This document shows, one piece after another, positions 28,827-38,000 of a DNA stretch of 59,429 nucleotides (position 1 is the first letter of the stretch; each line of letters starts with the position of its first letter). The stretch covers positions 1 to 59,429 of the IMG/VR virus record IMGVR_UViG_3300007540_000001; one strand, written 5' to 3'. The DNA is from a virus (taxonomy: Duplodnaviria > Caudoviricetes). Below the pieces are notes generated by a model that made no database searches, had not been told where the DNA came from, and worked only from the letters and a program-made list of their open reading frames with translations. The position numbers and the translations under genes are program-made.

Positions 28827-30637
28827 TGGCATATGATTCAGTCACAGCAAAGTTAGATTTTAAACCGGGATTTCATAGAGAGTCTACACGTTATGCCGAA
28901 GAAGGTTCATGGTATGATGGTAATCGTGTACGTTTCAGAGAAGGTAGACCAGAGAATATGCGTGGCTATAATAAAAGAGTAGCTACAGCTTTTGATGGTA
29001 TAGCTAGAGATTTACTTACATGGTCTGATAATGATACTACAAAACATATTATGTTTGGTACAGAACAAAAAGTATATTCATATGATGGTGATGCAAATAT
29101 TGATGTAACTCCTTTAGTAAGCACAGTTAATTTAGTATCAGTAATGGATTATGTATCTGGTGAAGTGACAATAGCAGTATCTTCTACTAATCATAATTTA
29201 AATACTGGTGATTGGATTACTTTTGTTAGTTCTACAGTTACAGCAGGAATAACTTTAAAAGATCAAGTATGTCTTGTTTCTGTAATAGGTGTTAATAATT
29301 ATGAATTTGTTAATAGTACTCAAGCAACAGGAACTTTTACTGATATTGGTAATGCAGAAGTAGGATACCTTTTACCTACTGGTAATGTGAATGCGATACA
29401 AGGACTAGGTTATGGAGCTGGTGTATATAATGCAGGAGTTTCTACCACAGGAATGAGAGCATGGAATGAAGCTGCAACTACTTCTAATATAACTTTCCCT
29501 GCAACTAATTGGTCCTTTGATACATGGGGTGAAGATGTAGTAATGGCACGTAGAGGTGGACGTATTTATTATTATGATACAGATGTATCTGTTACACCTG
29601 AAAGAGCTTACCTTGTTACTGCATCACCAAGTGTTAACAATGTAATACTAGTGTCTCCTAATGACAGACATCTTATATCTTTTGGTTCTAATGAATATGC
29701 TACTGGTACTTACAATCCTTTACTAGTTCGTTGGAGTGATCAAGAAAACTTTAACAACTGGACTCCAGCTATAACTACAACTGCTGGTGAAACTATATTA
29801 ACAGATGGTTCTCAAATTATTGGAGCTGTTCGTTCTAGAAATCTTATTGGTGTATTTACTGATAATGCTTTATATGGTATGCAGTTTGTTGGTCCACCTT
29901 TTATATTTAATTTTAGACAATTAGGTACAGCTTGTGGATTAGTATCTCAACATGCAGCTGTTAATGTTGATGGTCGTATGGTATGGATGGGTGAGAATAA
30001 CTTCTTTATCTTTGATGGTCAAATGAGAAATCTTGATTGTACAGTTAGAAGATATATCTATGATGATATTAATACTTCACAACAAAGTAAAATATTTGGT
30101 GGAATTAATTCTGAGTTTAAAGAAGTAGTATGGTTATATCCTTCTAGTAATTCAGAAGAACCTAATCGTTATGTAATGTGGAACTATGGTGATAACACAT
30201 GGGTATATGGAGAATCATTATGGACTACATATGCAGATAGAGTTGTATATGATAATACAATAACTACAAGTAATGATTCTTATCTTTATAATAATGAACC
30301 AGATGATTACTATAGTGCTGATGGACAACCTATTACTGCATACTTAGAGTCTGCTGATTTTGATATTAAAGATGGTCATGAGTTAATGTTTATTGATAGA
30401 ATGATTCCAGACTTTACTATTAATGATGGTAACATACAATTTAGTTTGTTTACTAAACAGTTTCCTGCAGGAAATCTTATAGAGAAAGGACCATTTAATA
30501 TTAATTCTGGTACACAACAAGTACATTTAAGAGCAAGAGGAAGACAAGCAAGAGTAAAAGTTTCTAGTTTTACAGACAATACCTATTGGAGATATGGTGC
30601 TGTAAGATTAGATATTAAACCAGATGGACAACAATAA
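28826..30637 (+). CDS. Tail nozzle/DNA stabilisation protein
   Basis: VRFREGRPE, VRWSDQE, GPPFIF, RARGRQ, DIKPDG. Confidence 0.75.
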   Translation: MAYDSVTAKLDFKPGFHRESTRYAEEGSWYDGNRVRFREGRPENMRGYNKRVATAFDGIARDLLTWSDNDTTKHIMFGTEQKVYSYDGDANIDVTPLVSTVNLVSVMDYVSGEVTIAVSSTNHNLNTGDWITFVSSTVTAGITLKDQVCLVSVIGVNNYEFVNSTQATGTFTDIGNAEVGYLLPTGNVNAIQGLGYGAGVYNAGVSTTGMRAWNEAATTSNITFPATNWSFDTWGEDVVMARRGGRIYYYDTDVSVTPERAYLVTASPSVNNVILVSPNDRHLISFGSNEYATGTYNPLLVRWSDQENFNNWTPAITTTAGETILTDGSQIIGAVRSRNLIGVFTDNALYGMQFVGPPFIFNFRQLGTACGLVSQHAAVNVDGRMVWMGENNFFIFDGQMRNLDCTVRRYIYDDINTSQQSKIFGGINSEFKEVVWLYPSSNSEEPNRYVMWNYGDNTWVYGESLWTTYADRVVYDNTITTSNDSYLYNNEPDDYYSADGQPITAYLESADFDIKDGHELMFIDRMIPDFTINDGNIQFSLFTKQFPAGNLIEKGPFNINSGTQQVHLRARGRQARVKVSSFTDNTYWRYGAVRLDIKPDGQQ

Positions 30638-30918
30638 TGGCTAGATACCCAGACTTACCAACAGCATATAATATTAAGAATAAAGAAATGAATGACACTT
30701 ATAATGATCTTAGATCATGGAGTGGTAATTTAGTTAATGAATTAGAAACAAGAGATGCAGAGGAAAATAATAAACCTTCTACTAATATTTATAGTGTAGT
30801 AACTATAACAAATATTGGTAGACCTCAAGCAGGAGATGTAGCTTATAGTGCTAGTACAGGTAAATTTAAAGGATATGTTAGCACAGCAGTAACACAAGCA
30901 TGGGTAGATTTTAACTAA
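30637..30918 (+). CDS. Hypothetical tail protein
   Basis: ORF track; TAATG coupling. Confidence 0.7.
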   Translation: MARYPDLPTAYNIKNKEMNDTYNDLRSWSGNLVNELETRDAEENNKPSTNIYSVVTITNIGRPQAGDVAYSASTGKFKGYVSTAVTQAWVDFN

Positions 30919-30921
30919 CCT

Positions 30922-30950
30922 TTGCAAACACAGGCATTACAGGATATAAT
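30922..30950 (+). promoter_or_regulatory. Promoter of the internal virion protein genes
   Basis: TTGCAA-17nt-TATAAT. Confidence 0.7.
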
Positions 30951-30974
30951 GTCTATAACTAATGGAGTAGAAAC

Positions 30975-32585
30975 GTGGCACAAAGACCTATGGTAAATCC
31001 AACAACAGCAATGCCTGATGCACCTATGTCAGGACTAGCTAACCTTATGGCAATGAAGGGCAGAGAAAATGATAGTATGCTTGTTCATCTTAGTCCTAAT
31101 GAAGTAAACAATCTTAATAAATTATCTGGTAATACCATGACTATTAATCCAGACACAGGATTACCTGAAGGAAAGTCACGTTTTCTTGAAGCAGCTTTAC
31201 CAGCTATTCTCAGTATAGGAACAGCTATTGCTACAGGTGGTTCAAGTATTCCAGTTCAAATGGCAGCAGCAGCTGCAGCAGGTTATGGTGGACAAAGATT
31301 AGTAGGTAAAGATCATGATGAAGCTTTAACAAGTGGTTTAATTAGTGGAGCTACTGCAGGATTATTAGGTGGTACAGGTTCAAAAGCTTTAGAAGGAGTA
31401 ACAAGATCAGGTATTGCTAAAGAAGCTATTCCTGCAGCATTACCAAGTAATCTTGCTACAAATGAAGGCATGAAAGCATTTATGAACAAAGGTATAAATG
31501 AAGCAGTCTTACAAACAGCTAATCAAAAAATAATAGATGAAGGAATACAAGGAAGTATTAAAGATATTGGAAAGGCTGCTTTTGCAAAACCTACCGATTT
31601 ATTTAGAACTGTAAATGAAATAGGTATATCTGAAGCATTAAAAAATCCAGCTACAGCTGTACCATTAGCAACACAATTTGCAGGACGTACAGGAATGAAT
31701 GCATTAGTAGATCAGATGAGAGCTGATGCTAATAAACCATTAGGAAATTTAAATGCACCTGTTACAGAAGCAGGAGAGTTATTCTCTACACCATTTACAC
31801 AAACTGCTCTTGGTCCATTTACTCAAGATCAAATAACTAGTAACTTTATAGGTGGTGGTACTGGTCCTTATGGTATAAATTATTTTAATCAAGGATTTGC
31901 ACAAGATGGTGGACCTGTTAGTAAAATGAATCAAGGTGGTCTTACACAGTTTCAAAGTATAATGGGTAATCCTGCTTTACAAATACAAAATCCTAATCCA
32001 CCATTAAGTATGGCAGTTGGTGGGTTATTAAGTATAGCAAATAAGCAACCAAAAAAAATGTTTATGGGTGGTCCAACTAAAGTTTTTGATCAAATGTTAA
32101 ATGATCCTAAAGTATTAGAACTTTTACAACAATCACAAACACAAGCTCCAAAACAATCATATGATGTGTTAGCTTCTCTTGGTGCTAATCCTCCACAACA
32201 AATGAATCATGGTGGTATGGCAGGAGCAGGTATGGCACAAGATTCAATCATGCCAGCCATTGCTCCGTTAATTCAAGTAGCTAATCAAGAAGCACAACAA
32301 ATGAGAACAGGTGGTATGCCACAACAAGCTTTTGAAGGAAGAGTAAAAGGACAAGGAGATGGTATGTCTGATGAAGTTCCTTTTATGATTGAAGGAGAAC
32401 AACCAGCTTTATTATCTGTAGATGAATATGTATTACCTGCTGATGTTGTAGCAATGATTGGTAATGGTTCAAGTGATGCAGGATCAGATAAGATAGACGG
32501 AGCAATAGCAAATATAAGACAAGATAAGTATGGTAGACCAGAACAACCTAGGGAGACAGAAGGGCTAGGAGGTCTCCTAGGATAA
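30975..32585 (+). CDS. Internal virion/ejection protein
   Basis: GRENDSMLVH, TINPDTGLPE, repeated MxxGG, GDGMSDEVP...LSVDEYVLPADVV. Confidence 0.7.
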   Translation: MAQRPMVNPTTAMPDAPMSGLANLMAMKGRENDSMLVHLSPNEVNNLNKLSGNTMTINPDTGLPEGKSRFLEAALPAILSIGTAIATGGSSIPVQMAAAAAAGYGGQRLVGKDHDEALTSGLISGATAGLLGGTGSKALEGVTRSGIAKEAIPAALPSNLATNEGMKAFMNKGINEAVLQTANQKIIDEGIQGSIKDIGKAAFAKPTDLFRTVNEIGISEALKNPATAVPLATQFAGRTGMNALVDQMRADANKPLGNLNAPVTEAGELFSTPFTQTALGPFTQDQITSNFIGGGTGPYGINYFNQGFAQDGGPVSKMNQGGLTQFQSIMGNPALQIQNPNPPLSMAVGGLLSIANKQPKKMFMGGPTKVFDQMLNDPKVLELLQQSQTQAPKQSYDVLASLGANPPQQMNHGGMAGAGMAQDSIMPAIAPLIQVANQEAQQMRTGGMPQQAFEGRVKGQGDGMSDEVPFMIEGEQPALLSVDEYVLPADVVAMIGNGSSDAGSDKIDGAIANIRQDKYGRPEQPRETEGLGGLLG

Positions 32586-32588
32586 TAA

Positions 32589-33008
32589 ATGTATGAAGTA
32601 AGTTTAGTTCCTACTAATGAGATAACAAAAGTATGGGATAGAATAGAACCATTAGTTGATAAAGTAATACCTTACACCTACGGAAGAATGTTAACTGTAG
32701 ATGTATTACATAGTTTAATTACTAATCAATATCATCTTTGGATTATATATAAAGATGATGAAGAAATAGAAGCAATAGCTATAACAGAGTTTATGAAATA
32801 TCCTAGAAAAACTGTGTTATTAATTAATTTTATTTCAGGTGATAACTTAGATAAGTGGATAAAAGAATTGGATAAGACATTAGTTAAATTTAGTAAAGAA
32901 TCTGGATGTGATTTTCTTGAAGCTTGTGGAAGAGCAGGTTGGGAAAGAAAAGTTACAAAACTAGGATGGATAAAAAAGTTTACAATAGTGGAGAAAAAAC
33001 ATGGGTAA
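32589..33008 (+). CDS. Acetyltransferase-like morphogenesis protein (T7 gp13/P22 gp14-like)
   Basis: YPRK...GCDFLEACGRAGW; located among ejection genes. Confidence 0.55.
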   Translation: MYEVSLVPTNEITKVWDRIEPLVDKVIPYTYGRMLTVDVLHSLITNQYHLWIIYKDDEEIEAIAITEFMKYPRKTVLLINFISGDNLDKWIKELDKTLVKFSKESGCDFLEACGRAGWERKVTKLGWIKKFTIVEKKHG

Positions 33009-35088
33009 GGGTAGTCCACAGGGCCAACCGGCACACACAACACAACAAACAACATCAGAATATCCTACAGAGTTAAAACCATTTATCAAGGATATATTTG
33101 GTAAAGCTAAAGGTATTGAAGAACAAAGAACTTCACAAGGTTATCAACCTTATACGGCTCCACGTATTGCAGAATTTACTGAAGATCAAGTAGATGCTTT
33201 TGAAGGTATTCGTGGTGCTCAAGGTGCAAGTACTCCATACTTTAATCGACAAGAAACTTTAATTGATAGAGCTACTAGAGAAACTACTCCTGAACTTACA
33301 CAACAGTATATGAATCCATATACACAGACTGTTATTAATCAACAACTACGTGAGCTTGGTAGACAAGGTGAACAACAACGTCAAAAAATAGGTGCTGGTG
33401 CTGTAGGTGCTGGTGGTTATGGTGGTTCCAGACAAGCTATACTTGAAGCAGAACAAATGCGTAATGAAGGAATGCGTGGAGATGATATACAAGCACGAGG
33501 ATTAAATCAAGCTTTTGCTTTAGCTCAACAAGGTATACAACAGCAACGTGCTGCTGATGCTGCAGGTGCTAATATGTTTGGTCAAATGGCACAACAAGTG
33601 CCGGGACAAAGATTTAAAGAACTTGGAGCTCTGGCTGGTATTGGTGCTGCTGATCAAACACAACAACAACGTGCTCTTGATTTAGGATATGAACAATTTA
33701 CAGATGAATATAATTTTCCAATGAAAAATTTAAATGAATACTCTGCTATTCTTAGAGGATTTCCTTTGTCTCCTACTCAAAATATAAGTCGTGCTGTCTA
33801 TAGTCCTGTTGCTCCATTGTCTAGTCAGTTATTAGGTGCAGGAGTAGGTTTAGGTTCTGCTGCTATGATGGGTGGTATGTTTGGTGCAAGTGGTGGACAA
33901 GTAAAAAAATTACAACAAGGAGGGCTTGCTAGTCTTTATAATAAACCTACTAATAGAGTTCAAAGGGGTAAGACTAATTATCAAAATTTAACTAATATGG
34001 GTTTACCTTCTCCTCAATATAAAGATGAGGATGTTTTAAATATATTAAAAGAAATAATGCCTAAAGGAAGAACAGGTACATTAACTCCTGAAGAGGTAAC
34101 ACAACAACAAGAGATTATAAATGTTCATCCTGATTTTGGTTATGTCCCCGGACTTATGAGTTCAGGTTTAAGTTCTCGTAGTGCTTCTGGTAATCCTATA
34201 ATAAATAAAACTGAAGTAGAAAAGTTAATTAAAAGTAATATTAATAAAGTAGATAATCCTCCTCCACCACCTCCGATGGTTACTCCTCCTGAAGTATTAG
34301 AAAACTTTGAAGAAATAAAAAGAATAGCTGCTGGTGTTGAAGAGGATGGACAACAAGTAAATGAAGAAGAAGTTGTTGACATAAATACAACAACTACATT
34401 TGAAGTTCCTCAAGATGATCAACAAGGATTTACTTCATGGTTATCATCTTTAAAAAATCCTAATTCAGAAGCATCCGAAAAAAGAATGAGATTTGCTACA
34501 TGGGCACCTGTATTAGCAAGTGTTGAATCAATAATGGGTGCACCTTCTATTGGAGCTGCAGTAGGAAAATTATTTACTGCTTCTGCTAGAGCTGCACAAG
34601 GATATGCAAATCAATCTGGTAAAGAAATATCTATGGCAACTGCTAAACGTAAAGCAGCTTTAGAGGGTTCTAAAGTTATGTCAGAAGTATATAAAAATTT
34701 AAGTAGTCCAGCTGCATACGTAGCTAATGTAGCACATGTTAAAAGTATAATAGATGGTAATAATGGAGAGGTTCCAAGAGAATCAGATGGAGAAATTTAT
34801 AATGAATATCAAGAAGCTTTAAAACTACAAAAATTATTAGGTGATAGATTGAGTACTCCTCAACTAGAACAAGCTAAAGAGGATGCTCTAGTAGGAATGA
34901 AAGGATTACCCGGTATAGTGTTACCAAAAGATATATTTGACGATAATATACAAGCTAAAGAAATATATAATTATTGGAAAAATAATATAGCTAAGGCACC
35001 TGTTTCAAAAAACAAAGGTGGTAAAATAAGAAGCTTTGATTTTGTAGAAGAAGGTGATAAACTTATAGCAGTACCTAAAGTAACTTAG
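33001..35088 (+). CDS. DNA transfer/ejection protein
   Basis: QYMNPY...AGGYGGSRQ, Q/A/G-rich. Confidence 0.7.
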   Translation: MGKGSPQGQPAHTTQQTTSEYPTELKPFIKDIFGKAKGIEEQRTSQGYQPYTAPRIAEFTEDQVDAFEGIRGAQGASTPYFNRQETLIDRATRETTPELTQQYMNPYTQTVINQQLRELGRQGEQQRQKIGAGAVGAGGYGGSRQAILEAEQMRNEGMRGDDIQARGLNQAFALAQQGIQQQRAADAAGANMFGQMAQQVPGQRFKELGALAGIGAADQTQQQRALDLGYEQFTDEYNFPMKNLNEYSAILRGFPLSPTQNISRAVYSPVAPLSSQLLGAGVGLGSAAMMGGMFGASGGQVKKLQQGGLASLYNKPTNRVQRGKTNYQNLTNMGLPSPQYKDEDVLNILKEIMPKGRTGTLTPEEVTQQQEIINVHPDFGYVPGLMSSGLSSRSASGNPIINKTEVEKLIKSNINKVDNPPPPPPMVTPPEVLENFEEIKRIAAGVEEDGQQVNEEEVVDINTTTTFEVPQDDQQGFTSWLSSLKNPNSEASEKRMRFATWAPVLASVESIMGAPSIGAAVGKLFTASARAAQGYANQSGKEISMATAKRKAALEGSKVMSEVYKNLSSPAAYVANVAHVKSIIDGNNGEVPRESDGEIYNEYQEALKLQKLLGDRLSTPQLEQAKEDALVGMKGLPGIVLPKDIFDDNIQAKEIYNYWKNNIAKAPVSKNKGGKIRSFDFVEEGDKLIAVPKVT

Positions 35089-35096
35089 GAAAAAAA

Positions 35097-38000
35097 ATGT
35101 CTAAGAATGTTTTACTGCCTAACTCTAGAGTAATGCAATTTCCAGATAATGCTTCTACAGCAGAAATGAATATTGCTATTAACGAACAATTTCCAGAATT
35201 GTTTGCTCCAGAACCTATGGAAGCTGAAGTAGATGTTCCCCAAATAATAGAAGAAAAAAAAGAACCTAGGAATCCTCCTCTTAGTATGGTTTTTGGTAGA
35301 GCATGGGATCAATCTAATCTTTTTTTAGGTAGAGGTATTGAAGCTTATGGAGAACTTACTAACAATCAAAAAGATATTGAAGTAGGACGTAAATGGATTG
35401 AAGCTAATAAAAAAGAATTAGATGAATGGGATAAAAAATTTAAAGAAGGTGGTTACGAAATGCTAACACCTAAAGATATTAAAGGGTTAGGTTTATTTGG
35501 TAACAATGAAGCAGGAGCTTGGGATTTTATACAACAATCTACAGCAGCCAGTCTTCCTTATCTTTTACAAATAATACCAGCTGCAGTTGTAGGAGGAAGA
35601 GCTCTTCCTCGTATAGTTCCTAAAACAGCAAAAAATTTTTTACAAAAATATATGAGTCCTAGAAATCAACAAAGACTTGTTAGTGGATCAGGGAGTATAG
35701 CTGGTGCATTTCTTCCTTCATCTGCACTTAATATAGGAATAGCACAAGATGAAATTAAAACAAGAGGTGGAGAAGATTTAGTAGCTCCGGGAACTGCATT
35801 TAAATATGGAGCTGGAATGGCTCTTTTAGATTCACTTGCTCTTGGTCCAGTAATTTTAGGTAGTCTTACAAGGTATGGAGTGAAGCCAACTTTAAAAGCA
35901 GCAACTGCAACCTTTGGAAAAAATAAAGCATTGTCTGCTACTGGAACTGCTTTTAATGCTATTAACAAAGTAATACCAAAAGGAAGATTAGGTAAAGCAG
36001 GTCTTATTGGAGTAAGTCAAGCTGGCTCTGAAGGACTTACAGAACGTCTTCAAGAAATTTTAACAATGGAAGCTGGGTATGATGCTACAGGTAAAAGAGT
36101 TAGTGTAGAAGAAAGAGCTAATAGATTACTTGAAGCTACATTTGCTGGTATGGCAGCAGGTTTTGGTTTTGGTGCACCAGTAGGTGCTCTTACTGGAGGT
36201 TCTAAAGTTCCAGCTAAGATGAGAAGAGCTACATCAGAACAATTACAACAGCAAGAAATGTTTGATCAAGAAGAAGTAGGTGGTAGAGAAAGATTTGGTC
36301 CTTCACTTTTTGAACAAGAAAATATTATTGAAGAAGAATTTATTCCAAACTATGATCCAAATCAATTAGATCTTTTTGATGCTCAACAAGAAATTAAAGA
36401 TTCCTCAATACCTTTTCAACAAGAAATAAATAATAATATAGAAAGTATTAGAGAAAGAGTATTACAATTATTTAATGCAGGAGTACCTATTGAATCACAA
36501 ATTATAAATACTCAAGATATTCAAGAAATTAATAAAACTTCTCCAGAACAAACTAAAGAAATTATAGATACTTTAGTAAGTAATAATGATTTAAAAGAAG
36601 TTCAAACTTCAGACGGAAAAGTTGTATATTCTTTAAGTGATAAGAGACAAGATATGATTAAAGGTGATAGCAAAAAAGCTGCTATTATGTTAGGTGAACC
36701 TACTAATATAAATGATAAAAAATATATTAAAGATATAAAAGAAAAGTTAACAGAAACAGATAGAACAACGCAAGATAATTTTGATTATATTACTTGGGAA
36801 GGTGACTATAAAGGAAAGAAAATTATTTTTGAAACTGATATAGAATCTAAACCCGGTCTTATTAAACCAGATGGAAAAGAAGGTCCATCAAAAGATACAC
36901 AAATTCTTCGTGTAGAAGTAGAAGATAAAGATGGAAATAGAGTTATGCTTCCATCTATAAATTACACAGGAAAGAAAACTGATCCTGTAATTAACAAAGG
37001 TATTAAACAAGTAGCTGAATATTATGAAACTGAAATACCTTCTTTAATTTCTAAACAAAAATTATTAGGTGAAGATTTTAAATTAGATCCTGTTTTAGAA
37101 AAAGAGTTAGATGCTATAGAAGAAAGCAGAGAATCTTTAATGTCTAAAGGACAAAGAGGAGCAGAACTTGTTGAACCTTTAATGAGTAAGAAAATTATTA
37201 CAGGTAGTATCTTTGATTCATCTAATGACAAAGAATTACTAGAGGCTTTTGGTGATGAAGAAGGAGTAAAAAAATTTAGATCTGAAGTAAAGTATATGCA
37301 AGATACACAAAGAACCTTTGGTAATGTAGATGCTACTGGGACTCCTAATAGAAGTAGAAATCAAAGAACAGTTAAAGATATGGAATACTTTGATCCTCAA
37401 AATCCTAAAACATTATCTGGTCATGGTGCTCGTTTAAACTTATATGAAACTTATATGAATGGTACTTACCAAACTGCAACGAAGTTTCCTGCTTTTGCTA
37501 GAATGTATAAATTATTAGAAGGTTACAATATAATTCAAAGACAGACGCAAGCTGAACTAACTGATTTCTTTAGAGCCTATGCTAACATAGCTTCTATAGA
37601 TTCACAAAGTAAAGCACGATTAGATCGTTTTATTATTGTAGCAAATATATTAGGAACAGATGGAGACTTTAAAGCAAGTGTTGATGAGACTTCAGCATCG
37701 GTAGTATATCCTTTAGATTATAAATTATCAGCAGGAGGAGAAAGATTTTTATCTGGGCAAGAAGCTGTTGATGCAAGTTTAGGAGGAGTAAATGATCCTT
37801 CTAATCCTAACTATATAACTATTGGAAAACCTCTTACTTTAAATCAGTCTGAAACAGAAGCCTTTATGATGTTAAAAAGAGGCTTTAAAGAAATGGCTGA
37901 TAAAAATATAGAAGTTACAGTAAAGTATAAAGATGGGGTAGATTCTACAACGTATGCAGATGTAGTAGAAAGATGGAAAAAGAATGGTAAAAAAGAAACA

